A program made the translations under genes and the position numbers. DNA of 64,000 bases from Nageia nagi (Eukaryota; Plantae; Pinophyta): positions 34,658,001 to 34,722,000 of the forward strand of contig JBITNC010000002.1 in NCBI GenBank assembly GCA_050084985.1, written 5' to 3'. This document shows, one piece after another, positions 25,411 to 38,200 of the stretch (within the stretch, counting starts at the first letter, position 1; every line of letters starts with the position of its first letter). Under the pieces are notes generated by a model. The model was not told the DNA's origin. It did no database searches and saw nothing but the letters and a program-made list of their open reading frames with translations.

Positions 25411-25966
25411 TACAACAATACAATAGCTATTATAAGAGCATTAGAGATTGATATGGTGATCCTATCACTGTGTAGTTAGAACTCAAGGAGGGGTGGATTT
25501 ATAACGTAGGAGGGTAAGGAATGAGTTGGAAAGTTGCATGGGAAAAGGAGGGGCAAGGGAGCATGGAGGGAGCGATGGATCCAAAGAGGTCGAAATGGTG
25601 TGAGATGATGTGAAAATGATTGATGGAACCCCTTTTATAACAGTTGACACGTGTTTGCATTTATGATGTATGATCGCATTTAATACCAAATATATAGACA
25701 ATCATCTTTACTTTTTTGCAAATGATCATCTGTGCTTCTATACAGATGATTGTCCCTACCTTTATGTAGATGATCGTTTTGACATTTACTCTAAAGATCA
25801 TCATAAAATTGAAGAATAACAACATATAGTACCAAAAAATTCCAACTTAAAAAAAATTCGCCACCTACCCTACACGAGTTTCAAACACCTTTCGCCATGA
25901 CTTTGAATCATGTTCACCAACATTTGAAAATTTTAATTTCACCATCGTTCCTTACGCATAACACTG

Positions 25967-26755
25967 ATTAAGAATCACATATGCACCTGCGAAGTGTTTT
26001 CATCAGTTGCCTCATTGGGTGAAGTGTTTATTTCTTAATGGATTTGTTCATTTGATAAGTCATATACCTATATGAAAGAATTAAAATGAGAGTTCAAATG
26101 GAATTGCATTATTATTTTTGATAAAAAACAACATAATTAAGAAGCAACATTATTAACAATCACATGGTGACCTACTCGATGTTTTCATCAGATGCCTTAT
26201 TACCGAAAGTGGGTATCAATTCATTTGTTTGGTTTCTTGATGGATTTGTTCATTTGATAAGTCTTATGTTTGCATAGGAGCATTAGAATAAAGTATCAAA
26301 TAAAATTATATTATCATTTTCGAGAAAAAAATAAGATTATTGTTAAAGAACAACATCATTAAGAATGACATGCTCACCTATGAACTATTTTCATCATCTG
26401 CCTCATCATGCAAAGTGTGCATCACTTCATTTGTGTTTATTTTTTGAAGGATTGGTTTGTTTGATAAGTCATATGCTTGTATGGGAGGATTAAAATTGAA
26501 TATCAAATGGATTTACATTATCAATTTTGATAAAAAGCAACATTATTGATAATCACATACTCGCTTGATATTTTCATAAATTTCGTTGATATGTGAAGTG
26601 TCCATCATTTCATCCTTTTGGTTTCAAAATGGATTTGTTCATTTGATTCATCATTTGTTTACATAGGAGTATTAAATTCAAGTATCAAATAAAATCACAT
26701 TATCATTTTCATGAAAAAGTAGCATTATTGGGAAAGAGTAACATTATTGCTCACC
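25967..26755 (+). repeat. ~185-210 bp satellite-like tandem repeat, right part (~4 units)
   Basis: Same unit as 16838-17431; resumes immediately after the right TIR. Confidence 0.85.
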
Positions 26756-27214
26756 TGTAAAGTGTAATCAATTGCAATTGCATGTGGTCCATCCACATTT
26801 TATGAAGGGAGGTTTCTCTTGCATCTTCATCTTCTTGACCTTCAAACTACTCCAAGGGTGTGCCCTACATATGGAAAAGATAGATCAATGCACAAGATAT
26901 TAAAAAAACTACAAAATGTGGATTAGAAATGATCATTACTATATAACACAAGTCAAACAATAATTTAAAATAGTTCACTACCTTTATATCTTCATGAATC
27001 AAATGTTCTCTCTAGTGTTTATTTTTGTTTTCCTTAGTGTCATACTTCTGCATATTGTTTTCAATGTCCTCCTTGAATTCCTTATTATGGAAAGTGGATA
27101 TCAAGGATTCACACCATCATTGAAACTTCTTGGTAAGCCTTGGAGCTTACCTAACTACTATTGGAATCCATTAGGGATTTACACTTCTATTGTTGTTGTT
27201 GTGAGGCCCTCATG

Positions 27215-27590
27215 TTGTTGTAAGAAATGCTTTGATAGACATGTATGCTAAGTCTTGGAATATATAGAAGGTACATGTATTGTTTGAAAAAATGCAACAG
27301 AGAGACACAATCTCATGGATTGTAGTGATTACATGATATTCCCAGGTTGGGCTTCTTAAGGAAGCTAAAAATATTTTTGGGGAAATGCAACAAAGAGACA
27401 CAATCCCATGGAATGCAATGATTATAGGATATGCACAAAACCAACATGATTTAATTAGTCTCTCAAGTGTTTTCAACAAATGCAATTGACTAGTTTTAGG
27501 CTAGATGCAATAATAGTTGCGAGTATTCTAACTGCATATGAAAATTTTGTAGCTTTTAAAATGGGGCATGGACATTCACAATTTACTGTT
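27215..27590 (+). pseudogene. PLS-class PPR fragment
   Basis: VVVRNALIDMYAKSWNI*KVHVLFEKMQQRDTISW...IFGEMQQRDTIPWNAMIIGYAQN. Confidence 0.85.
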
Positions 27591-29183
27591 CTTCCCATTC
27601 AAGTAATGTAAAAACCCTCAAGCTTAAGTTAAAACACTTCAAAATGATGTGATTAAGAGAGGAAAATGGGAGAAGCTTCCCCATCAAAAATGAAAATAAC
27701 AAGCAACCACCCCACAAAATGGCCATGAATGTTGATTGACATTGGTGTGTGATAAGACTTCCTTGGATGACATGTTTATTAGTATTGAGAAAATCATTTT
27801 ACTATAATTACATACATATTTTGATGAGGTGTTTTCTAACTACAGGACTAATTGACCCCCTTGCCAACTTGACATATTCTGATATACCATGCATCTTCTC
27901 ATCATCCATTTTTTTGGTAGCCACATTCTCTTCATGATCTTGTAGAAACACTCTCTTTGTGATGTTGCAACAACATTAGCTTCACGATCTTGCATGAAAT
28001 CACATTCATCAAGTTAGTATCATTTATAGGTGAATAAAAAAAAAACTAGGTCCCAAAAAACATTCGTAAAAGGGTTGTTTCAAAAAGGCTTTTCAAAGTT
28101 TTGAACTTTGATTGCTAAATTCAAATTCCAACATCATAACCACTAGACCAACATCCCATTCATGGTAATTGATTTTAATGTTTTGAGTTAACTTCAACTG
28201 TGACACATTTATGAAGCTACTAAGATACATTAATTTTACAAATATTCTTGAAACTACTAGAAAAACATGATCCGCCTAATAAAACACATAATATGCCAGA
28301 GGGCGATTAATCCCCTAGTTAGAAAATGCCCACGCAAGGGAGTAAAGCCGAACGAGGGTGAACAAACATGATGATACATAAAGAACTTGAGACTTTTGTG
28401 ATTGCTCCATTATTACCTTTGTCCAAAGCAATAGATTTACCGACAAAGGTTATCCAAAAAATGAAACGCCCTCAAGTATTGTCAGATATGTTAGATCGAA
28501 GAATTTTTTCAGTAGAGTTAAAAAAAATTGATGAAAAAAATGGTAAGCATAGATTTTTCAAAAATGCATTGTTAAGGTTTTAACTCAAATTACTACTTTA
28601 AAACTCAACGTTTTTACCATTACACCATAGCATTGTTCATGAAATAACCTGATAATGAATTAGTTTTATTTAAAAAAAAAAAATTGAAGAACCGCATTAC
28701 GATTATAAGAAGAATCACAATACGGATTCTCCTTATATTTGAAGTGGAATTCTCCTTAATCATACTTCCAAAAAAAGTATGAACGCACCATTCACATGTC
28801 TGAGAGTACTTAGGGTGATCTGTTTGCTGAATAGCGTTTGCTTAGATTTACCAAACCAAAAGATTTAAAGGACATCCAACTTGACGTTTTGATCACTGGG
28901 ATGTTCGTGTGGACCAGTTATTGAAAGCCCGGAATGCCTTTGTTCAAACACACCGTGATTTATGCGGCGTTACTTTCTGAATCAGAAGGCATTACTTAAT
29001 GAACGCCCTACCGTGGCACCGACCTTTTCTTTCTCTGGATATTTCACAAAAGCAGATGCGATGGGACCGGACACTCTTCTGCTTTCTCCCCCACAAGCAA
29101 AGTGAGCATGAATGCTGTACGATTCTTCTCGAACACCACCGCGTCTTAACACCCATCGCCATTCTCCTCCTTCCCCAATCGCA

Positions 29184-30685
29184 ATGCCTCCAAATCCTCA
29201 GCTGTCGTTGGTTCGAACTTCCCTTGTGCTTCTCTGCATTCTTCACTACAGCATTTCCACATCTGGAGAAGATGGTTAGTACAAAAAAACATGAAATGCA
29301 TTTCTACGGTTCTTCATTAGTAAGTATGCAAAAATTGGTAATCAAAATATAATGGGTATGACTTAAAATACCTGCAGGTCTGCTGGTGAATGGGGATTTC
29401 GAAACGGACCCAAGAGGGAATGGAGCGTGGGGAGAAGGCGAAAACGTAGAGTCATTGCTGGGTTGGAAGATAGACGGAACGGTGGAATACGTCGGGGAAG
29501 GCCAACGGCAGGGAAATATGCTGCTTGTGGTTCCCCACGGAACACACGCACTAAGATTGGGAAACGATGCTCAGATTAGCCAAGAAATCCAGGTGGAAAA
29601 AAGTGCTACCTATTCTCTCACCCTCAGCGCTGCCCGAACATGTGCCCAGTTGGAATCTCTCAACGTTTCGGTTCCTACTTCTTCTGCTAACATTGATTTG
29701 CAGACATTGTATAATATTAGAGGATGGGATGCGTATGCCTGGGCCTTCCATGCCCCATCGGACCAAGATCATGTAGAGCTTGTTTTTCGCAATCCTGGCA
29801 TGGAAGAAGATCCCACCTGTGGCCCTGTTCTTGACGACATTGCCATTAAACAAATTTCCACGCCTGAGAAAACCAAAAGCAAGTTCACTTCACTTGTTTT
29901 TTAGTAGTTATGCATTGACTGGTGAAACTTTAGCTATAAGCAGATAATTAGGTGAGGAAGAAGCTGTAAAAAATTTAAAGCTATTCGACTTTATTAAATC
30001 GAGTTGTAAGAGGGGTGAATTTAGAGTGCATTCTCTCCTATGTGTTAAATAAAATGGATTTAAGACTTTGTAATGTGCAGATAATCTTGTGGTGAATGGG
30101 GATTTCGAGGAGGGGCCGTGGATGTATAGAAATGCGAGTTTGGGGGTGCTTTTGCCCACTAATTTGGACGTGACAAGATCTCCGTTGCCCGGGTGGATTG
30201 TGGAGTCTAACAAGGCCGTCAGATACATAGATTCCAACAATTCCAGAGTCCCAGAGGGCAGAAGAGCCATAGAGCTGCTGTCTGGGAAAGAAGGAATTAT
30301 ATCACAGATGGTGGAAACAGAACCGGGCAAAAACTATAGTATGAGCTTCTTGATGGGAGATGCAGGAAATAACTGTCAGACGCCCATGGCTGTAATGGCT
30401 TTTGCTGGTGATCAAGCCGATAACTTCCATTACAGCCCTTCTGCAATCCGTGCTTATGAAACCAACAATGTGACCTTCACTGCAAAAGCTGCACGTACGC
30501 GCATTGCGTTTTATAGTATATATTACAATACTAGGATTGTGGATAGGAGTTCTTTGTGCGGTCCTGTTATTGATCAGGTAACAGTGGTCGACCTTTCAAT
30601 CTCTGGCGCCTCCGCACTCTCCCTCTCCCTTTTTCTTTGCTTGTGTTTGGTCACTCTTGTAATCTCAGTGGAATTTGGTGTGTAG
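29184..30685 (+). CDS. DUF642 (BIIDXI-like family) cell-wall protein with GPI-type tail, copy 2; exons 29184-29274, 29378-29878, 30081-30685; 398 aa
   Basis: Exons total 91+501+605 = 1197 nt, open throughout. Signal peptide, two NGDFE domains, hydrophobic C-terminus SGASALSLSLFLCLCLVTLVISVEFGV. Intron 2 donor is GC (29879-29880). Confidence 0.85.
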
Positions 30686-31132
30686 AGGAAGATTAGATAG
30701 ACATGTTTTGTAGCGAGATTGGTCGATAATCGGTCTATTAATGGAGGTGGTGCTGTAAAATGGGTATTTGATGCCACTCTTTCTCTGTAAGTTGAATTTC
30801 AGAATGCTGTTAAAGGGATACATTTGATTTTATATTGGGTTTCAAAAGTTTTCACTATAGAAATAATGAATGGAATTAGGGGGTAATTTGTAAAACCATT
30901 TAAAATATATTTGGGAGGGTTAAGAGAGGAATTTGACTTGAAATTTTAGACACCCAAAATATGATCATTCTATTTTATAATTTTTATTCATCAATGCTTT
31001 GTTTTTTGGGCTTAATTATTTACTTGATATCTCTATGCAATACAGCCTGGTGTGTTAACAATAGCATTGCACTAGTTATTAGACTAAAACATGAGGAAGA
31101 ATAAAAAAAAGAGGAGAAAATCTTACACACAT

Positions 31133-32600
31133 TAGCTCAAGTACAAGTCATCTCAAGTGTATCAGTGGATGATACCTTAACCCTTTTATTTTTTTGCCCC
31201 CTGATGCAAAGAACAGTGGTATCATTGTCCCTGCATTTATTTTTGGTACCTTTGTTCCACATACAGGGCATCTCATCTGCTATGTGTCACTATACTTCAC
31301 AGTAGAAGAAAAAGAATATGAAAGATTCAGTCACCACTTGCAGTCCAGAAGATTAATCATTTCAATTAGTTTTTCTATGATCCTCTTCATGTCCTGATAC
31401 ATTTACTTCCTTTCCATGTTCATTTCCTCACAGGGGCTTGCTACAGAAGTTTATATTGTCTCTATTGATGCAACAACAGAGCACTCGACATGTTAATACT
31501 CATTAAATTGGCTTATGGTATGACTGTTTTCATATGTAAAAATGTTAATATGAACTTGTCTACAGCTAGCATGCCCTGGATGCTGTACAGCAAGATCATT
31601 TTTGTAGATAACTTTTTTTCTAAAATGCATTAGACATCAGACAACTATTAGCTTTTTTGCAGGGATTTGATTTGAATACACTATGGCAATTTCTCTTCAA
31701 TAACACTGCATGAATTATGTAGCAAACATGGACTGGCAAGGACTTGAACCAAGATCCTGTCACATCCCAGTTTGGGTTCTCCACTAAGTTATCAATCCTT
31801 CTTCCATCTTCAAGATTTGATTTTATTTCAATCTGTTAAGGAAAAGAGTCTAATAAATTTTTGGCTTTTCCACATGGAATTAGTTTGCTATTTATTCTGG
31901 TACAACACATTAAGTTTCTTAATGCTTTCCAAACTAATTACAATTTACTAAAAGGGCAGATGATCATATGTACAATCCTTCACTAAATTGATTATCTATA
32001 GGTCTTTAACATTGACTTTCTTGTTCCAAAGGAAATGCACTTCTATTTACTAGAGATGTTAACAAAGCTTTCACTAGGTCTTTCCCTCATGTCTTTGCCT
32101 CCTGCATTCAATTTTTACTTTTTGCCTCACTTCTTTCATAATATCAACTACCCCCAACAAAGAACATCCTTAGACAATGTACTCATTTTAGCTTTAATGT
32201 GAAATTAGTACATGCTGCTTGTCAAGGAAGGGGCACATCAATAAAATTCTGATCTACCAGTTTGCTTAAGAATTTTCCCATAAAAAGTGGAAGTACATTA
32301 AACAAGGTACCAATGGGCACTTGGACCCTAGAAGATGATAATGTATTGCAGAGGAAGGGGCACATCCATAAAATTCTGATCTACCAGTTCGCTCAAGAAT
32401 TTTCCCATAAAAAGTGGAAGTACATTAAACAAGGTACCAATGGGCACTTGGACCCTAGAAGATGATAATGTATTGCAGATTTTGTTGGGATCAGAGGAAG
32501 CGGCAGTGGGATTGAGGCGGTCGAATTTTCGGAGATTTTCAAGAAATATAGATATAATCAAATTAAATTGATAGATAAATACTAAGCGTGAATTTATCCA
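31133..32600. repeat. Unidentified decayed coding-like sequence, copy B
   Basis: Colinear with 14695-15960; part of the DUF642 segmental duplication. Confidence 0.75.
32226..32479 (+). repeat. 127-bp direct tandem duplication
   Basis: 32226-32352 and 32353-32479 (GGAAGGGGCACATC...GTATTGCAGA) are near-identical; single in copy A. Confidence 0.9.
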
Positions 32601-33579
32601 CATGAAGTCTGGTTCAGTAGGAAAAATAGCTCTAAATGCAATTGAATGGATGCTATCCCTCTCCCATCCAGACTAGGCAAGCTTAAATTTATATGACCTG
32701 AATACTCTGTCAGTGCAGTAAAATAGACTACTTCCTATTTCAGTAAGACACCTCAACTGCTTGAACATTTCCATTAATATTAGCTTTAGTAGATTTATAA
32801 TGTTCTAGAACGGAAGTGGGAAACGGTGAGAAATGAAAGAAGAAGAAAAAACAATGGTGAAGGCATCGAGGTACATTATATTGAGCCGTGCAGGTTGTAC
32901 ATTTATGGAAAGACAGCTATATATTTTACAAAGATCTTATTGCTTTGCTTTCTTATTCGGAGTAAGTATATTAATACATTATATAAATAATATTTTAATT
33001 AATAAAATTTATAATGTTAAAGGTAACAATGCAAAAAAATTATTTATAAAAAAATATTATAATAAATATAAAGTACCATAGAATATTAATATTTATTTTA
33101 ATAAAATTATTGTAAAAAGTATATGAAGTGTAACTTTATGAATTCATGAGCAATGTTTAAATTAGGATCATTATGTTTTGCATTTTAGTGTAACTTTATG
33201 AATCCATAAGAATGTTTTGATTGTGAGGGGATTGTATAAATTTTATAAATATATACAAATTGATTCATTTATCAATTTGATTTTTATAAATAAAAATATA
33301 AACATATAAAAATATGCTTATTTTGGATTGTATAAGATTATAGGGATTATGTGAGCTTTTGTTTTATGTCAAAATCTATTAAAAATTTAACATATTTTAA
33401 TTAGTTAGCTATAGTGGTATCATAACTCAAGTAGTTATTAAGAAGTATTCATCTTTTAATCAATATTAACAATTTTGATGTTCTTGATAAGTTTGCGGAT
33501 GGGTGAAAACTCATTGTTAATATCAAAAGATGGGGAGAAGAATTATCTTAAAATCAACCTAATATTTATTAAAAAAGTT

Positions 33580-33710
33580 AACTGAAAACTCTTAAGTGGA
33601 TAATGAGAGGTCTCAGGTTCAACTCTACCCCCTCACATGTAGTGGATGTGTAACATATGGCAGGTGTTAATTCTTCTCACTAACTTGTAAATTATTAAAA
33701 AAAAAAAATT
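33580..33710 (+). mobile_element. tRNA-derived SINE-like element
   Basis: B-box-like GGTTCAACTC at ~33616; poly(A) at ~33697-33708; resembles 53049-53200 on the opposite strand. Confidence 0.5.
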
Positions 33711-33849
33711 AATTGGAATATTTTAGTAGCCACCCATGTCTATTACTCCTCGTGTTGGGTTTCCTTGCAAGCTTGAAAAGTTAATCAAAGATACTTCTCT
33801 TTGTAGGTTCCTCTTTGAAGGAAGGAATTTATCATGTTTCTTGGAACAT

Positions 33850-34720
33850 TTGTTGTCTCCTTAAGGATGCAAGGGGAATTGAAATGTTGGTATACGAAAG
33901 GTAAGGAATTGCCTTATGTGCTAAATGGGTGATCAAAGCTCTAAAATATTATAAGGCCTAGAAAATCCTAGTTTGAAACTTCATAACAACTAGGCTCTTG
34001 TATGGTTGTAGGGCATGAAAAGGTATTGACTTCCTCTCCTTCCATATTTCCCCAAACCCCATTATGATCATAAGCTCCTTTTTAATAAGGATAATTTGAT
34101 AGGCTTGGGAGTCCATTTAGACAAGACTTCAATGGAAGGAAGAGGGATTTTGTAAGGACCTCTTTAAAGGACTAAAACATTTGGTGGTTCCTTATTCTTC
34201 TTTATTAGGGAACCCCTTTGACACAGGCTCAATGAATTCATATGTAGCGTTTTCCTAGAAAAGGCATGAAGTCCATATTAGACTTCTCTTGCCACACCAA
34301 AGACTAGTTTCCTTAGGTTGAATTTAACAAAGCCGTCATTTAAAACCTAGGGATAAGGATACTTATGAGGTGTTTATCTCCAATTTTCTTTTTACAAATG
34401 ATGATGTTCTTCTATCGCATACAATAATTGGGCTTCAATGTTAGATTAACACGTTGAGCATATTCTATGTTACTCATGGTCTTGATGTTAATCTTAAAAA
34501 GATAAAGGTGATTTCCTTTAACATATCAAGAACATATGCTTACAAAATCCACCTTACTTTCCAAGGACAACCTATTGAGTTAGTCACCACATATACCTAA
34601 TTGGGTATTCTCTTCATAGGTTCTACTTTTAGCTTGATCCTATCTTCTCATAGTAGAATAAATAAAGGCTATGTTGTAGTTATCTCACTCAAAGAAATAA
34701 TATTTTCAATTCAAATTTTA
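33850..34720 (+). mobile_element. Non-LTR (LINE) retrotransposon fragments, decayed
   Basis: AKWVIKAL (~33920, L1-type post-RT motif); RT piece FTNDDVLLSHTIIGLQC*INTLSIFYVTHGLDVNLKKIKV...IELVTTYT*LG (~34385-34620). Confidence 0.65.
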
Positions 34721-35239
34721 GAATATCATGATATCCACAACTCCTAACTTGAAGAGATACCCTCTCTTATCTCTCAAATACTCAATTTGAGTTGCAAGTA
34801 AAGGCATTTGCTAGTGTTAGTACTCAAAGGCCACTTCTCTCTTGTAGTCCATATGTCTAGTTCCTCGCTTTCAACTTTCAAACATGATTTCTATGCCTTT
34901 TAATATACATATCAATAAAAGGTTTAGGAAGGAATTATATCATTACCTATTAGGATAAGATCTATGAAATTCAAGGATGATACCATTACCTATTCATAGG
35001 TGCCAACACTTTGAAATCATGGATGAATTATGAGCTTCTTTTCGATATTGAATACTAGGTAAGCCTCCTAACTCTCCATATGTAGTCTTCTCAACATTAA
35101 TCAAAGTTGTTGGATTTGATACATTGAACGCCCCTTATTTAATACTTATTATCACTATTAAAAATTCATATCTTAATTACCTAATGTAATATTTGGAGTT
35201 TCTATCGGATAGATGCACATATAATAGGTGTTGTGAGGA

Positions 35240-38200
35240 GAGTAAACAGAAGATTGACAAAATAAAATGCTATGGTGAACAAACCCTAAAGGATCTAGGA
35301 GGGGAAGATCCAAATGATGAACCACTGGAGATTGAAATCCATCTTCACTATGAAAGGGAAAGATTGATTTAGTATATAATGGAGGATTTATGTGGTTTAT
35401 TTTAACAACATACGAGAACTCTTCCTAACTCGAGGATGAATTTGATATATAAGGTCACTCAAGATAGGCTTAATAGAAGGTCTTTTCAAATCATCCTTGT
35501 AATCAAAAGCTTTATTTTTGAGTCATCCTTATACCAAAAACATTCTTGTACCAATTTTATGAAGAATTGGAGGAAACCTAAACAGCTTAAAGGGTGGATT
35601 GATTTCTCATAATGATAGAAAAAGAGTAATTTCCATTTCTCAATGCTATGATGAGGTTTCAAATAATAAGGAAGAAGTCATAAGTAGGTGGGGCTTAAAC
35701 CCATCAAGTTTTTAATGTAGATAAGAGTATTTGAATGTCCTTTTAAACCCATTGGTTTGTAGGACCTATAAACATTTATCCAGAAGTAAATATATATCAA
35801 TTAAATATTTTAATGACATTAAATATTGATTTTAACTTTGTTAGTATTTCACAAAATATTATGAAAGAAATTAAACTTAATAAACATCTTAAAAAATAAA
35901 TTATCAAATAAGAAGCATTCATTACCAGTCAAGAAATAATGAACCATGCAAAAGGAATACCTTATTGATTTGACAATAAAGAACCATGCAATGGGAATCC
36001 CTTGGTGGTTCAATAACAATGAACCTCACAATGGGAATCCACTATTAGCTAGGCACCAACGAATCCTACAATAAGAATCTGTTACTAGCCAGGCAACACG
36101 AATCCTGCTAAGAGAATTTGCTACCAGCAAGGTAATGTGAATCCCATAGCAAAAATCTTGTAACGCTATTCCACTATCGTTTAGGTAATAATAAAAATCC
36201 CCTACTGGCTCAATAGCAGCAAATATCTTACCTACCCAAGCTCCTATATTTATCCATCCCCTTGATAAACTCCTTCAAAAGCAACTATGGAAGCCAGCCT
36301 ATGGATATGTCTAAGAGTGAGGAGGACATTATTCATGGAGGAGCAGTTTCCTACCACATTTAAAGCTCGTTGAATGAGATAGACACAATCATGGTAGGGG
36401 CAAACCCCAACGGTCTTTGGCAACAACACACTCTCGAACTACTGAAATGAGGAAAGATATAGTAGAAGTTCTAAATTCAACATTAAAGATGCAACCCATT
36501 GTAGGTGAATCCTTCGAAAGAACACATATGATCCTTTGTTGAAATGCAAGGACGTATTGATGAGCTCCAACACTCATTGTGATGTTAGAGATATTATTGT
36601 TTGATGTATTATTGTTGAATAGAATCTCAACAATATTTATTGTGTAGTAGAGTATGGACAATTTGTTAATAAATTATTTAGTTTGTCAGGAAGTTTTAAT
36701 AATCTCCTATTTGTACTCAACATATATTTACCTCTATATTGCAGTAATATAATGTGAATTTGAAATCTTTTGTATTTACCTAAAACGTGTTAGGATGGAA
36801 GTTTGAAAATTGAATATGATGGGTTGAGTTATATTTTGATATGAATGATTTTGGACAAAAATGATAATTGAAATTGTATTTGATGTTGAATTTATGTTTG
36901 TGGTTAAATGATGGAAGATGTTAGAGGAATGAATAATGGTGTAGATGAAGTGATGGAACATGACACTTAAGGAATTCAATGGTAGAAGATGATTTTATGT
37001 TTTGGGAAATAAAAAGAATGGAATTGGTGGTTGTGGAAGATGATCTTTCATTAACAAAATCAACAAAAGGATCCATCCTAATTCCATTTTGTAATTACTT
37101 TGTTGGTATAGATATTAAGATTTAATTGGTGCAATCCAAAAAGTCTCAATATGGGCCTAACTTTGAACTTGATAAGGATTGACATGAAGTTCAATGTTTT
37201 GGAAAACAGAGTGACCTTGTTGTTAAGTAAGATTTTTAGCTTTTAAGAAATTTATAATAGAATCATCATTATTGAGAACATATTGATCAAATTCATCTGA
37301 AGGTTCCTCAATTGGATTCTCTATGAATGGTTCCATGTGTTATAAAGTAGGTAGGACTATGTTTTCTGTAGTTTCAAGGTTTTGTTTTCTTCGGCTTCGG
37401 GTTTTGGCCATATGATGTGATAAAAAGACTCAAAATTTGAATGTTATGGTTTTTGTTTTGATAAAACATAGATATGTTTGTAAAAAAGTAGAGGTTAAGA
37501 AACATGGGTGCATATGGGAAACCTAGAGGTGTTTTGACAAAGGATTAACTTTTGATAAAAACTAGTCTTAATTTTGATTTCAATTAACAAACAATTAAGC
37601 ATGCAATATCATATGATATACATAAGCCTTCCTGTAAAATATAAATTTCTTGTTTTGCAATTGTTCAATGATTTATTTCCTAAAAAAGTTTTATTAGTCA
37701 AGTGTTTAAGAAGGCAAGGCTCGGAATCTATAGGATAGGGTATACCAAAGCTTTGTCAATGAAAAAATTAAGTGATCACGGTATCCACTTCCATTCTTCA
37801 ACAAACTAACCCTCGTCTAACCAACTTGGGTTCCAAATAGAGAAAGGTGGCCAAAGGGCTCCCTACAAATAATTTGGGCTTAATCGAGAAAGTATGTCCT
37901 CTACGCACTTATAATGCATGTGAGGCCCATGGGCAAGTAGCTCATGGTTTATCATCACAAAGGCCTATCCTCCTGATTTCATCAATGGAATCATTGGTCC
38001 AAAGACTTCACTAGATATAAGCTATCATCTCCCCTTGTTTATACTCATTCGAAACAATGAATTTCCCCACTTTTAAAGCTTACACAAGCAAGGTGTGTTG
38101 AAACATATGAAAAGACTACCTTAGAGATGAAACCCAAGCGTAGCCTAGGTCCTCCATGATGAAATCTAAGGGACATATCTAAAGTTTGTGAGGTCAAACC

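Larger units (their letters stand above)
17432..25966 (+). mobile_element. 8.5-kb TIR DNA transposon with hAT-type transposase and a second convergent gene
   Basis: TIR CAGTGTTATGC (17432-17442) and GCATAACACTG (25956-25966); flanks ATTAAGATTCA / ATTAAGAATCA; the satellite is interrupted and resumes exactly at these points. Confidence 0.85.
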
